Origin: Balanoglossus misakiensis | Taxonomy: Eukaryota > Animalia > Hemichordata | Assembly: GCA_040954595.2 (NCBI GenBank) | Contig: CM082595.2 | Location: forward strand, 3,519,943-3,583,942 | DNA: 64,000 bases | Direction: 5' to 3' | Shown here: positions 1 to 15,400 of the stretch, in pieces | How the letters are laid out: each line of letters begins with the position of its first letter | How positions within the stretch are numbered: the first letter of the stretch is position 1 | The notes under the pieces: model-generated | Database searches by the model: none | What the model was told of the DNA's origin: nothing | The model's input: the letters and a program-made list of their open reading frames with translations, nothing else | Made by a program: the position numbers and the translations under genes

Positions 1-175
1 CAAATTGTATATTTGGTTCAGTGAACAACTGTGCTAGACGTAACAAATTGCAACAAGATGGATGCCCAACAGCCCTCTTGGATCTTATCACAAAACAAGT
101 GTATTCAACATACATGGGAAGGGGCTATGACTGCATGTTAAATGCACACAGTGTACTATTGAAGTGGATACATAC

Positions 176-319
176 TTTTGGCATCAGCTTTCCTGGATGG
201 TTTCCACCGTATGGCGCAGCGATCCTGATCCAAGTAGAATGTCCTGGTGATGGTGTGACTTGGTCCTTTGACTTTCATCATGGTCACCCCTTGTTGCATG
301 CTACCGATGCATGAGTGAA
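176..319 (-). CDS. Internal coding exon, start of PH domain of a phospholipase C eta-like (PLCH1/2-like) protein; gene continues beyond the left edge
   Basis: Acceptor ttttttcacttctgtAG at 320-321, donor GTATG at 175, phase 1/1, 144 bp. Translation (V)HSCIGSMQQGVTMMKVKGPSHTITRTFYLDQDRCAIRWKPSRKADAK resembles the PLC-eta PH start (C..MQ.G..M.K...R.FYLD..R..RW.PSRK). Confidence 0.8.
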
Positions 320-3300
320 CTACAGAAGTGAAAAAAAGAAATAAGTGATAAATATTTGCGATCATACCCATCCATATTCAGAAATCCTGATGTCATAGTT
401 TCACTGAAACAAAATCTAGAGCCAATGATGAATCCGAAAAACAAGGCCCCATGTACAAACCAACTGCCCAAATGGTTAAGATTGCATTATCAAATACAAG
501 TCATCATATTTGCAACACTGCCCCTTAATGGAAAACTCGAAATATGCATCCAATCCAATGAAAAGAAACTTCAATTCACAGCTCTCGAATTTCTAAGGTG
601 AGGAAAGCCAATTCTGTTGCAGTCGTTTCGTTTTTTAACATCTCTGATCATATTCTCAATTATTCCAGCTATGAGATTTGGAAAATAATTTGGTTTACTC
701 ACGTAACTACGCTAATAAAAATCAAATGAGGTTATTTTTCATGATTTAATTTCATACTGAGAAAGTGGCTTTGCCCAATCCAATTTTCTTGTCACACGTC
801 TTGTCTCACACGTCTACTTCTCGAGGAAACGCTAACTTTGATAGTACATGTATATAACTCAATTTGTTCATGATGGAAGTGCTAAAAAGTACACATAAAG
901 CTACATTATTCTGCAATCGTTAACTGAATTTTGGATTGAAAAGGTCGACAGACCACTCATTAACTTGCCTGCAAGAGAATTTTGCATTTTGGGGGAAGAA
1001 ATCCAGTTTACATATTTCATAAATCGACACCCGAAATGACCTATAGCAGGATGCTAGTTAAACAGGAGCACACCAACCAGATCACTGTTAACAGAAACTG
1101 CACCAGTTTTATACACACTCAATTAAAGAACACACACCACTATTCTGTCTATCCCACAATACCATTTTTGCTGCGACTAAAGGCGACACAACGCATACAC
1201 ATCCCTTCGGGTTCAAACTTGTTTCATTACACATTGCAACCCAGGAGACACTCTGTTTAACACAATGACATGTTTGTGATTGGGGTCAGTCTATCTATTG
1301 GCTAACAGCCATCATCTGGACAATACACGTCCGCTGTTTAGTCAGTAACAAATACGTAACTCCCAACTGAGCCCTGAGCCCATTTTATTCCACATGTACT
1401 CAACACAATATATTTTCAATCATTAATTCAGAGCTCCCAGTGGAAAAGAAATGAGCTGGTACTGAAGCAAAAATGAAAATGTTTTTTGGGACATCTGCCT
1501 TCCTCGGGATAGAATTTAGATTCTCTCAAAGCCAGAACATGCAGAGAGAATTGGTTGTACTGAAGCATTTTTGTGACTTCTTCCAATTATTTTTCATTCT
1601 CATGCATTTCTCAGAGTGTACCTTGCAGCATTGAAATAATTTCCAGCAACCCAATCTGTTTCAGAAATTATTTAAATGCCTTGAATAACCAATATGAAGC
1701 AAACCTGAGTCAGGCATACATATACAATTACAGAGTAAGTACACATATATAACATCTGTTCTAATTCCTCTGAGAACATATAATAAAATTGCCATGAACC
1801 AGATCGAGTTCTTGCAGTCAAAGGTTTAGTATGACTTCAGTTAAACAAGATTTACAGCATAGTCCCTGTGAATCAATGTCCGATCTTGCACATAAAATCA
1901 CGCATCATGGGAATAAACTTGCCCACTATCGCTGAGGGACACTACATATACCATACTGGTATATTGGTCACCAAGGAACAATACACATATAACTACAATT
2001 TGATTCATTAACTTTTCAGAGATATCACACACAGCATTTGAAAATACGGGTACATTGTATGTTCAAGTTTGCAGAAGCATATAAATCTTAAAGGGCGAGT
2101 GTCATCTGAACTGCACATGTGCAACTTTGCCTACTGTGAGTCTTTCCCTACAAAGAAGATTGCAGATTTGTGAAAAGTGTCACGTTTAACTTCACGATAC
2201 CTCATATAACGGCATGGCGAATAAACGTGCTTGAACACGAAACATGTCGGAAGTACAGGCAGTCGTTTGTGAAAAATTGGGTGCAAAAGATACAAGGGGA
2301 ATGATTTCCCCAACAACTGATCCTCATAAAATAATATCATGCCTGCTGCCCAGGGCTGTCTTGAATATTTCTCTGCATGCAAAGTGTGCTTTTTCCTTCC
2401 AGGAAGTAATCTCTGCATTGCAACTTATCCGAACCATCAAAAGTGATGATGCGGCCATTTTGTTTTTGCTTTCTAGTCACATAGCAGGGATAGAATGCTT
2501 CCTGTATTTGCTTGATTGATTGAATGGTTGTTTAGAGTGTGTTACTGACCACATCAAGCAGTAACCACAGTCACACATTTTGCTCAAACCATCAAATATA
2601 CAGTCATTCTATGAACTAGGTTACGGCAATCCACAACAAGCAAGTCGTCAAATGATATTGACACCTTGAGGGACGACTGCTACCAAGCAGCCACTAATTA
2701 TGCAAGCGGACATTAAAAACTAGAAAAGTGGTTTCTAAATTACAAAACATCTGGAGTCAACCCATAGTTAATGGCAACCCCCATCTGTATGCATCAGACA
2801 CTGGGTACTTATAATGCAAGCAGTCTGGTCTGTAAATCTTTGATTATGAGACAGTTACTGCCCTGTTTATTAATCACTCATCAGCTCGTATATTGGTTTT
2901 GTAATTCTGGAAGAAGTTTCGCGAGGCTGATGAGTTCTTGTGCGGGGAATGAGCATTTCAAGAGCATTCACCCGTTCTTCAGTACGGCCATCATGCACAT
3001 AATAGAGCTATATTCGCTCCAGGGCTTTCCATTACGTTTAGTGATTTTCATAACCTAGGTTATACTTAATAGATAAACCTAAAGGCATCTAGAATAATAC
3101 TATATATGATAGATTATCTAGTGATGAGATTATTTTTTCTCGTTTGATAGTATGACCAAGTAGCATAATGATGGCACTGTAATTATTTGTAAGCCCCATC
3201 CAATGTTTTGTTTCACTAATTATCACTGGAGCACATACAACATTCAGCTTGACAGACTCTCAGAATCGTCTACTTTAATCATTTTCTAGCGTTTTCTGAT

Positions 3301-6300
3301 AACAAAAATGCATGTTTTGTCTTCGTCACCGAGCATAATACTACGGTAATTCCAGCCAGATGTTCTCACTGAGTAGCAGGTGAGTTCAGAGTGGGACCTT
3401 CATCAAATAGTATTTAACACAGACGATAAATCAAATTTATCACATTAATTAAAAATACATTCCACACACTCCCATCTGTCAGTTTTATAAAATTTTTAAA
3501 AGACAAGATCGGAAGTTGAGTTTGCACAGGTGGTATTCGCCTCTGTTGATTATGGGACAGTACATCGCTGGGGATCGGGGCAGATGTGTTTGCCCATGCA
3601 GAAAAGATGAAGTCGGAGCAGAGATGGCATTACCTGATGTACAAATATAGATTACCGGACTGAAGTGATGAATCATTGACCTGAGTCACATATGGGATAG
3701 CGTTCGAATGTCCGGCCCTGTCTGATTGCAACACACTACCTACACCATTTCATAATTTTAAGCCCTTTCTCTCAGAGGTGAAAAAAATAAGTCGTGTAAC
3801 GGAAGCAAAGATGTACAAATCAATACTGAATGACCTTCGGAGAACGTGTGAACTGCATATATGCATGACACTAGAAAGGTTCATGCATACATGTACACAT
3901 TTGACACCTCTGGTCTGTTTTGTACAACTTCTGAAACAGTGCCGAGGAAACACAAAATCACACCACGGAGAACTCCTTAATATGACGTTAATATTTCAGT
4001 ACATATCACTGCATTCAAAATGAGTCATATACCAATCAATAAACCAGCATTTCCTAACAACTATTGGACCTGCATAGAATTATACGTTTCCTCTTTTACA
4101 CCATCTACCGTATACCGGTATAACAGGATTTACTCTGGATGCTGGTAATTATGTAACTGAAGTACATGTAATTAAAGGTCTTTAATCAGGTACATTTAAT
4201 ATGAGGTGAGAGAATCGACTAATGACCAGTCTCGCCCTGTGTCAGTATAATTGGCAATGTAGATTTTGCTGCTGTTACTATCTCTCTCTCTCTCTTGTCT
4301 GTGTCAGATAAACACATTGTATGTACCATGCAAAGTTTGTATGTGTTCTACATATGGACATAACAAAGTGCCATGCAACCAGCTGTAAACGATACAGAAC
4401 TACATTGATTGGTTAATTGACCATAACAAATGACAAATTACTATTGGGGGAGCCAGACTATAATTATAGCTGGTCATTGTGATAATCGACTGCCATGGTG
4501 AATAAACCCTGTATTTCTGATGAAGCCTGGTTGCACAATGACCATAAGGAACTCCCTGACATGTATCAAGACCAGTTTTCAAAGGCTGTGATATTGTTCT
4601 GGCTTGGGGGATAAATGTACGAGAAAAAGTGAAATTTTGTAATTCTCTGCTTTTCCTTCTGCTTGAAATCATCTTGAAAACTCTGGACTGCACATTTATC
4701 TCACTGCTATGACATAAATCTGCAGTTAGTGTCAGTAATATGGAACACATCGTGATGTAAGTCAACTGAATATGAAATTATATGTGATGGGCAACTTGAG
4801 AATACACACACTCAAGTGAGCTGGACAACTTGCGAATTCTACATGCACATAGATTACGCGCACAGAAAAGATGAATGGGAACCTTAGAATAAGTGTTATT
4901 TTAAGTATTCTGTTTATGCGACTGTTTGCACTCTCTGTTAAAAGGTTTATTTTTCAATTTTTGCTCCGCTGAGAGAAGTGGAAAGCGTTTTACCCGTCGC
5001 TGACAGATCAAGTGCTCCTTGACAACGAGCGATGTTTTAATAGAATTATTCTCTGACTTGCCAGGGAAGCAAAAACCATGATATAACACATCAGTCTCAT
5101 TATCAACAACAAAAAACATTTTCTCTTCCTCTATGTATTGTCAAAATCAATACCCACTCACCATCTGTTCACCTGTCTCTATTTTATTGATCTCATGCAA
5201 TCACTAAGCCCTCACAACTTCAACTCTTAAATAAAGCTTTGAATAACAGCCGAGCTAAATGTTTAGGGTCAATTCCTGTTTTCTGTAACGAGGGTTAATT
5301 TTCCTTCTTCTTCTACATTCAGTATAACCATTATAGACATTACGGGCACATTAAAACAGATTGAATGAAAGTTACCACAACTGAACTTAATACTCATGGA
5401 AACTCCATTATATGGGGTAAATTAAATCAAATATTTTTTTCTTCGAAGTGGACGGCAATGTATTGATTTCCAGTTTCTCGCAATGCAAGTACACTTTAGA
5501 TTAACACATGGATGTGCCACGCCTGAGGTTAAACCTGCGAAGGTGTGATTCAATGCTTATACAGGATGTGACTGTTAATATGCATTGTGGGTAAGTAGAA
5601 TGGGGTAATGGTAACACTCTGCCCAACAGAAACAGGTCAACCTATTCATTTATATCTCTATTTATTTTATCAAAAGATTCTACGGTATAAAACTACTTTC
5701 ATTCACATCTGGATATTTCACAGGATGCATAATGAACCGAATAACTTGATTGGTCCAATTGTGTTGTATTAGCATATAGAGTCGCGGCCACCTGACAGGA
5801 CATATTTCAGCGAGGGGTGAATGATTAGGTCAAAGGGATACTGTGGAAACATTTTTTACTGCCACTAGATCTCAAGAATGTCAAGTCAGGTGGAAGGAGC
5901 GAGGTGATTATTATGTTCCCACCAGACCTGTCAGTGATTAGAGATCTAGTCCAAGTACAAGTCTCGCACACTTGATGCATCGTACATCACTGCACAGGTG
6001 ACAGCTGACTCTGATCTCCAAGTCTGTACATGGCAACAATCATAATGCATTATTCATGCATCGTTGCGATGATTTGCAAATGTGCGCATCTGACATTCAT
6101 TTCACATAGTGCACATCGCAACAACCAATCAAGATGTCAAAAGAGTTTCAGTTTTCCTCTTCACATAGAATCAAACTGCATTGTGGGTAATACCTGAGGA
6201 AACACACACATGAACACGGAAAATAAACACTTTAAAATATACAATAATCGCAATTCACGAACCCGATTCGATCAACTTTACAATCACACGCCATCGATCA

Positions 6301-6333
6301 TGCACTAAGTTTTTTTATCCATATTCAACTTAC

Positions 6334-6490
6334 CATGTGGCATTTCCATCTGGTCTTCATCGAAGACAAGGCTTTTACTCCTGGGTAAGCCTCCGCTGGG
6401 GTTTCTCCTGTTGCCCACGGCAACCTGATCCGACGGTACCGATGCCAGAGGCGAGGTGACTTGCCGGGTCATCATGTTAGTGTCCATCAT
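6334..6490 (-). CDS. Candidate upstream coding exon of the PLC-eta-like gene
   Basis: ATG at 6490 (the frame is open further, to an ATG at 6634) gives MMDTNMMTRQVTSPLASVPSDQVAVGNRRNPSGGLPRSKSLVFDEDQMEMPH. It ends at a strong donor G|GTAAGT (6333) in phase 1, matching the phase-1 acceptor at 319. CpG-rich relative to flanks. Confidence 0.6.
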
Positions 6491-9400
6491 CCTCGCCCGA
6501 AACGGGAGTAATAGTTCGACCGGAGCTAGCGACGCTGGAAATGAAATCGTAACGTACGGTGTGTCAGCAGCGTAATGTGAAGAGCGGGAATTTCGATGAA
6601 CATTTCCGTGAGGGACCTCCTCAAAATGGCACATCAATTGTTGCTACACATTAGCAACAAATTCACACGCTTCACAGAAAGCATCCATCTAGTTTGCATA
6701 AGAAGCTGACCAGTAAATTTGACTATACCTGTATCTCTTTTTATAGTAGATGTTAATTGGGATTATTCAAACCACAGTCTGCTAAATTTTGAACCCCAAA
6801 ACAATCCACTGTCTGAGATCCCCAGCAAAGCTCTTCAATCAGAATCTCCTAGGTAAAAATTCTCACTATATGATGCAGCAAACATTTAATAGTCTGAGCA
6901 GTGGGTCATAATGCAATTCAGAAACTCAGACAGCCAACAATAATGTATTTTGTTATTAAAATCACTACCAGTATCTCTGACTTCTCATGTGCCTGCACAC
7001 TGATGCATGCTATGCTGCCTTACGGATCATTTTATTACCTCTATATAAAATAAATAATATATATATTATAATATATTATTCCCTATTCGTTATCAATATT
7101 TCAACAGCTATAGTTTGAAAATCAAAGATTAATAAATGTGTGTATGAACTGCCGTCCCAAGCTCTTTCTGTGGCTACATTTGTATCAAGCTGATTTTAAC
7201 ATCACAATGCGCTCAATTGCTAGTAATTAACAGATCTGATACATGAATCAACAGGTTGTTTCAGCAGACAATGTTTCTGATCCAACCAAAATGAAAATAT
7301 AAAAAACATGCTAAAATGTTATGCGAAAAACTAATTATATAGGACACAGCAACCCCCATGCCAGTTAACTGTGAAACATGCAGTGATGGATGTATTTTTA
7401 CCAGAACACGTTTTAGCTATGAAATCTAATTGGATTCCAGATTACATGTACATGTTCATGTTTGCACATTCTGTCAGACCTAAATATGTCTTGAAACTTA
7501 TACTGTCTCACAGTAAATCTACACATAGCAAAAGAATTCTCATTATACCCATCCATACTCCATTTAACCTAGACTTTCATGGAGTTCTCGACTGTAGACG
7601 TGTGAGTCGTTCCCTAATTAGAGTGCACTTTTGTGATTAATGCTAGTAATTTGCAGTGTCGTTCAATTGCTACTGATGGACTCACTTTGAAAACCTTGAT
7701 TGTTTCGGACGGTGACACCTTTTCATCACTGCGATCGAGCGAACCATTGGCTCGCCTCATACCCATTCATTAACGATTGACTTCCCGTGTTTGATGTGGA
7801 GAGGGAACCCTCTGGCAGATCTAGAACCCAGGGCACATTAATCCTGGTCTTTGCTGCAGAAAAAGTGTGCGTGTCACATTGTTGCTTTCCGTGCGAGGGC
7901 TAAAGCTCAGGGGAAGTGCCAGAAGTACCGGTTGCATGTTGCCATGGTGACAGGGCTCCGGGGCGGGATAAATGCTGATTTATTTTTCACAGTGACAACG
8001 GAGTGATCATGAGGGAAATGCAAACCTCCTCATGCACAATACAAATTCTGAAGTGAGTTTAAAAGACAGGTAGATACATGGATCTAGCACAGTACATCCA
8101 AGGTTCTCCCTACACTGGTCGGTGGTGGTCAGACCCAACTAGAATGCAATATTCAGATGAAGAACACACACATGTGTCATTGCTTTATGCATTATCAGTG
8201 AGAACTGCCTTCTTGCGAAAACCCACAAGAACGACCCTGGGCCCAAGGTTATAAATCTTACATCTACTTCTGGGAAAAGCCAAACAATTTGCTATGACTA
8301 AATCATCTATATTAAAAATGAATTTTGTCCGTCTCTAACAGCTAGTGACTCTGGGTAATTAAATTTATGATCTCAGTGTGTTTTCTCTGCAGTAGACATC
8401 AATATTAATGTATCTGGGCTTTTCTGGACAGCATAATTGCATTTGGTTATAAGCCCAGAAACAATTCATGTACCAATTTAGTATGTGGGTAATTTGCCAT
8501 TGCTGGCAACATTATGCGCAAGTGTTGTACATTATCTACATTCATACTGTTGATACCTTGTAAATAATTACACTGCAAATTGAATAACCAGCTCATCATC
8601 AATTTTTGACTGAACCCTAACTGCTATCAATGGTGTGGTTGGACTTATGAACAGGTAAATGGGGGTGACAGCATATACAATCAGATGTGTTGAATTTATA
8701 TTAGTCTGTTTAATTGAATGTTAATTAGCAACACATTCACCACATAAAAATTAATTAATTTATCCTGAATATCAAACAAACTTTTCCCCAAAATATTGTT
8801 TTTCTAATTACAGCCTGCTGTGCAGTACTGCATCTGAGAAAACAACAGCAAAGAACCAGCAAATGTAAAGATCCAGCCAACTCCACATTTGATACTCCAC
8901 ACTATACTTTATGCATGTACCTGTCAGCACTATTAGAAATTGATAATATCAGCTTAAATTACGTATAAATCACGATTGAAAAACCCATTTAATCAAAAGA
9001 ATCTCCTCTGGGTAAGTGTTCCTGTCTAGAATGTTTGGAGCCGATGAATAGTTGAAAATAAACACCACGTGCATGATGAAAGCACAGAAAAATATCAGTT
9101 GTTTTTGCGTGTGGTTGATGACAGCTAAACTACCACACTCATCCACACAGAAACAATTATGTTTATTTATAAATACTAATGATTGCTGTAGACACTTATT
9201 ATTAAAGTCAATCAGATGTTGACATTTAAGATATCTTATGGTAGAATCCTAATAAAACACTCTCGATAAATCAAGCTTCTATTTCCTTTCTTTTTGTTAT
9301 ATGGCTGCTTATGATAGGGGAGAAGTGGGCATGAAATCAATGCTGATTGAGCCTTTACACAATCAGACAGTGAACGATGTACCAGGATGTATTACTTTGT

Positions 9401-12400
9401 ATGGACGGCTTCAGTTTACACTGAATTAATTTACATCCAATTCTGATCAATTAAAACCCTTATGTATAACAGTTCAAATGTATTTTTACTATCTTATCAA
9501 TTTTCTCTCATGCCATGTATATCTAAACAGGTATTTGATTCCTATGATAAGCTGCCAATTTCCGTTTAATAAATCACATTTTCTCTGGCAGACAAGAGCC
9601 GTATGATAACAAATGCTGTAGTTGTATATGCTCACAAGCAGAGAAACCATTAGACTAGTCTTACCTGTTTTTTATGATCAAAGTTTCCCTAACAACGGCC
9701 GCATCTCTTCACACCTTACAACGTTCTTGATCTAAGTCCAACTTGTCGTCGGGTTGCAGACGTGTGTCTCTGGTTCTGACGTGCAAGGATCTTCGCAGAA
9801 GTGTTTTTTAACTCCTTTGGAACGACGACTGATGCTGCAGCAGCGACGGTGGCTGCAACTGCGACGGAACGATCGCAGCAGTCGAAAATCCTCCAACGGA
9901 ATGCCTCCCTTGGTAACGGCCGCTGAGTGGCTGCAGCGTCGTGACTGCTTAATAATGCAGCGGATCCGGGCAGACAGACGTCCTTGGGAAAAAGGAGCGT
10001 GTAATACCTGGAGACTCTTAAGTTGAGCGTGTCCTTTGTGAGTTGCACGATGACTGGCGATCCTCAGCAGGATTTCAGGATGGTCCCCTCCGATGATAAT
10101 GAAGTTTCCCTCACTGAAAACTGCGGCCTCTGGGCGCAAAAGTGGCACGTGCTAGTGTTTTCTCTCTCCGTGTTTTCTGTATCTCAGTCACCCTCCGGGC
10201 ATCATCGTCGTGTTACCACGGAGATGCTCAGTTCGCCACCACGAGTGAGACGGAATCCCGGATCGTGGCACGGGAGGTGAGAGTAAAAGGGTCGTGGCGG
10301 AAGCGATAATCCGCTAATGTCGACAACTCAGGAAAGAATCAAGTTTCACGGCTGAAGCACATGTTTTCACGATTTATTTCCGGGGCTCGTTTTATAATAT
10401 CACTTTCTCTCATTCAATTTTCCACAATGATTCTCAGTGATAAAGATACAATGATACACTCACAGTTCTCCAAAATGTGTGCGACTCAGTAAATGTTCTT
10501 TAAGCAGTATGTCTTTAAAGACTGGGTTCTGCACATGGCATGCATCAACTTATCATAAATAATGATTTCTCTTAAATCTGAAAATCCAATTAGATGTTTT
10601 GACAATGCAGTTGCTGATGATTCAAATTTTCACTCAGCTCACTCCTCGTATCCGTGTCTCGAAATCTCCTCTTTCAGATCTAACAAGTTTTCTTGACTCC
10701 TAATTCCGCGACATACACAGTCTCGTCAAAAGGATAGTTGAAAGAAAAGCGAAATCATGATTCTGTGCTTGTCGGGGGAAAGAAAGACACAATTCTCGTG
10801 GATGCGTGCGTTGAATGCAAGAGGGGTTCTCACTGTTGAGTCTGTTCAACCATGCGTGCAGTGGGCTTCTTCTGTAACAAGTCAGGATTTTTTTGTCTGG
10901 CTTGAAAGTAAAGATTCGCTTTTCAATGAAAGGGTACGCACAGTTCACTTGATTAGAAACACCAACAGTTCCGACCACTGACTTTACACGACGTGCCTTA
11001 ACACAGGCTGAAATCAACCGATTTTTTTTTCTCTGTCTTCAGTGAAAGAGATGTCTCGAAACAACTGGTGAAGTCGTACCTCAAAAATCAATAACTATGG
11101 CTGGTAACTTTTCACAAATGAGCGATTTACAAACCCGTCATCCAGTTATGGGATAGACCTCTTAACCACACATCTGACTTTTGACGGTTTCACATGTCTC
11201 TATCGAAATTGTCACATACTTGATTTCTCAAAATTAGGCTTCAAGACGACTTCGAACTTGGCCTTTACACACACAATGCCAACATCAGTGAGTGTTCACA
11301 TGGAATCTGTATGCAGCACATCGAAATTTTGACTTCAATCGCGCAACAACACAACACAGTATCTGTAATGGTCGTTCGCACGAAAGATTACTTTGCCCAG
11401 AGATTGCAAAGCTGAGTACTTACTTAGTTTTTGATTAACACACACATTCTGGTTTGCTCAGTAGTGATTTATCTGCATGGATAACAGGTTACTTGCTTCT
11501 TGACAAATTTCTTCTTCAGCGTAAATCCTCTCGTAAGCGAGTCTTGACCCCGGGACAGGGTCAACAATTCACATTCAGTAAAGTGGTAGCTTTCTTGAAG
11601 ATCTCCTGATGTGGTATTATTTAAACATCAATTCTGGTGTAGGTGTAGTGGTGCTTCCTTGCAGGTCAAACTGTTTATTGTACACAGAACCGGGACTTGT
11701 TCGATGATAAATTATTGTAATTCCTTTTTTCGCTCAATCTAACTTCACTTCAATGATGAACACTATGATCTGTAGGTAGATAGAAAATAAACAATACCGG
11801 TAATTCAACAACGAATACATAATAATTATTTTTGGAGGTTAATTTATCGTATTGTTCATGAAAATTTCCTGTTTTACATTATCACAGACTTGAGCACATT
11901 CAAGTGACCTGCAGTGTTCTCCCAAGAATGTCATTAAATTTCTGAATGAAGAGCCAAGCTTCTCAATCTATGAACTGACTACATGTACGTTCACATCATA
12001 GTTTCTGAACTTCAATTTCACCTTGATACCTTGTTACTACTTCTACACGACATACCACTCTGCACTCAGCAGGGACCAATCAGTAACGAATTTAAAATCT
12101 AAAAGCTATATACACAATTGCCAAATAACCACACGCTTGATTTAATCCCCCGACTACGATCAACCAATGAAAGTCTGCACATCCCTGGGGCAGGGGGATA
12201 TGCCTGATTTGCCAACCTCAAGGTCCGTACAATTACTTTGTAAATTGGAAGGAATCGGCACATGTTGTCAAGGTATTGTATGCTGGTCACGCCATAAAAA
12301 CTAGAATTTCTGTGCAACAGTACTATTCTAAAGTTGTTTATTTTTAGTCAAGTGCCAAGTTCAAGCAGGCAAATCTCCTTGGGCTTACATGTTCCATCTA

Positions 12401-15400
12401 CATTGTGGTAATCGCACCATCTGGGCAGGACTGAAACATGAATCATTTTCGAGCACAGAAACTATCAAACCACTCTCTAACCCCACTTTCTGCAATACTT
12501 GACATCAAACTGTGCATTTCATTTTTCTCCAGACTTAAAAGCAATCCCATTAACCCTAACTTAAGATGGTATACTGTATTACTCCCGTGTTGAATGACAG
12601 TTACATTAAGTTATAAGACTCTTTTGCACGGACAAAAATATCACCTGAAGCAAAGATGTCGTTGTCCTGTGCAGCAGGTTTAAGCTGGCATGTATCTGAC
12701 ACACAGAGAGTGTGTAAACGGTGAGATACATTTACATCAAACTACCAGACAGCTTTCACAAATAAAGTAATTGCGCACAAAGGCACCATGTCTACTTCTC
12801 TGCCACACTGGGAACCTACACAACATTAACCACTCTACGTTTTGGGTTTCAGGCAAAATTCAGTTTCAGCGGGGATCCAATCTAGTCATAAGTTAAAACA
12901 ATTCAGTGTCTCCCGCTGGTCATATGGAGCTAAGGAATATACGTTTACATGTATATGTTCATGTACCATCGGAAACATTACTGGGAACTGTTTTCTCGCT
13001 ACTGTTGTTCCAGAGTCAGAAAGTAAACTTTGCACTTGTTTTTTCAGGGACATGTACAAATACTGAACTGTAGTTCACACAAAACTGGTTGGTCCCATCT
13101 TATCATGGCCACCCGTACAAACAGATCTACCATTGACATGTTTCACACACAAATCCAATCACTGTTTCTTAGTTCGAACGACAGAAACTACAAGAATTCA
13201 ACAGCCTCTGACTCTTGGCATTAGTCATGTCATATATATTCCATTCCACTCACTACTTGCGTTTCCTTGAGAGAATACACCAACTAACGCGGACAGCAGA
13301 CAGGATGTGTCCCGAATATGATCACTTAACTAATTCACAGAGATTGATTTGATTTTCCCCAATTTCCTCTAATCCCCTCTCAATTGAAAGAAAACACACC
13401 TCAACCTTAATCTTGTCAGGATGGTTTTAAAGATACAGTCGGATGTGCTAAACCAATCTCGATGATTGCAAATGAAAGTCTTGTTAGATGGTTATGCTTT
13501 AAGTAACTACAGAGCACCTTAATTGAGCAATTTTACATTCCTTGCATGCTGTCATCATCACAGTGGACAAAACGACCAACACTGCAGAAAGATTATGCAT
13601 ATTCTCATGGCACATGGAACTCTTTGGTTGCAACTGCGACTTTGGAAATCCAGGCAAGCACCACGAAGAAATCAGTGTCTAAAAGAGTCTAGAAAGTAGA
13701 GGATGTCTGCAACTACTCTCTGTACTTTGAACAATTCACAGCGTACATGGTACCTGTACATGTCAAAAGATCAAGCAGTTCAAGTCAGGTACTCGCATCG
13801 CATTACATTAGGTAATGCATCTTTGCTAGCTGAGAATATCTATTTATAGATCTCCATCAGCGAGACAGAGAGACACCCCTGCGACTCTCTCTCTCTCTCT
13901 CTCCCTCTTCAATTTTCTCAATAATTGATGCATCACGTTCTTCCCCCTTCCTTGGCTGATTCTTATCTTCTGATATGTAATGAATGATGGGTTTTTTAGG
14001 AAGGAAAATTTGCTCTTCTTGCTGGTAGTGTTTGCTCAAAATGATTACTGACAGACAAGGTGGACAAGGTACGCTTGGTTTGACAGTGTGCAGTGGAAAT
14101 AGCGAGTCGTGATTCATATGAACTGAAAGGGTGCGAAATCTATATGCACATACAGAATGCAGAATAATATAATACAACTTTGGGTTTTTATGGTTTATAT
14201 CACTCAAAACCACAAGTCTGTCCTTAAGTTTTCCCAGTAGTTTACCATGAGTAATTTCAGTCAAAAATGCTGTCTTTTAGGAGCAATTCAGAAGCATGAA
14301 TCTGTATCCAATGGCAAGTAACTGTACATTTTTATCAAATTACATTTCCTGTAAAGGACACCGTTTACCCAGAATCCATCATTTCCACCATAAAACATGC
14401 ATTGCTCTGGAATTAAAAGTTGCAATTGCCAATCCTTGCAAATGAATTATTAAGAATATGTTATCGAGAATAATGTTACTAAAAATAATATCATTGAGAA
14501 TATAATCGTTATCAAGTTATTGTCACTCGGCGCAGGTCTGGAGTTCTTTGATGCCAAAACACAAATATCTCTAGGGTATAATTTTAAAGATAGGATGCAG
14601 ACTTGTTAATACTTGTTCGAAATTCAGAAGAAAACAGAAATCAGTTGATTGAAGACCGAATCGGAAATCCATTTTTTTAATTTGCTTGCCACACAGAGCA
14701 GCAAAGTGTCAGTGTCCAGGTGTTGAAGTTCTTAGCATCAGAATGAGATTTCATTTCCGTGACAAACGGAATATTCTTAATTCTTTCCTGTGGTTACTGG
14801 ACTCATGAAAAATCTAATTTTAATTATATCATCAGGGCTGTCTTTCATCAAAGTTTAAAGGTCGAATTTTTGCTGACAGCCAGCTGTTTTTGCCAGCTGT
14901 TGGGTATTTTTTACATCCCTGAAGTTGAGCAGTGAGTCACTGACATAGTACTCGCAGTGGAATTTCCTGAACCTTGCTCCTCCCATCTGACTGAATGTGT
15001 GGATTAAGAAGTCAATGACCCTGATCCGAAAAGCTGGCTAACAGCCTATGCAAGAAAAGTCAAGGCAAATAGCTAAGTAGATTCAGACGTCCTGGGACAT
15101 CGTTAACACCACTCGAAGCTTTTCGCAAATTATTCCATATTGCGATTACTTAAAGTGGTGACGTTAGGGATCTATGAAACACACGGAATTCTCCAAATCC
15201 TTGTAGTTCTCCTGGTAATGTCAAACTTTCCCAGTGGAAATGACCCTGAATGTGACCAGAGGGCGTGGAAATAAAACCGTCCATTATCGGGTACACTTGG
15301 CTAATGCAATTGACATTGAGACTTCAACAACTTGGAATAAAGCTTTAAATGGACTCAGTAATATGACATGTGAACCAGCTATGAATAGCTATGAATATAT

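Noticed and set aside
9716-10280. Cluster of 85-138 aa ORFs as a protein-coding gene
   Set aside because: Non-ATG starts, no domain similarity recognised, and all frames are closed before the nearby donor.
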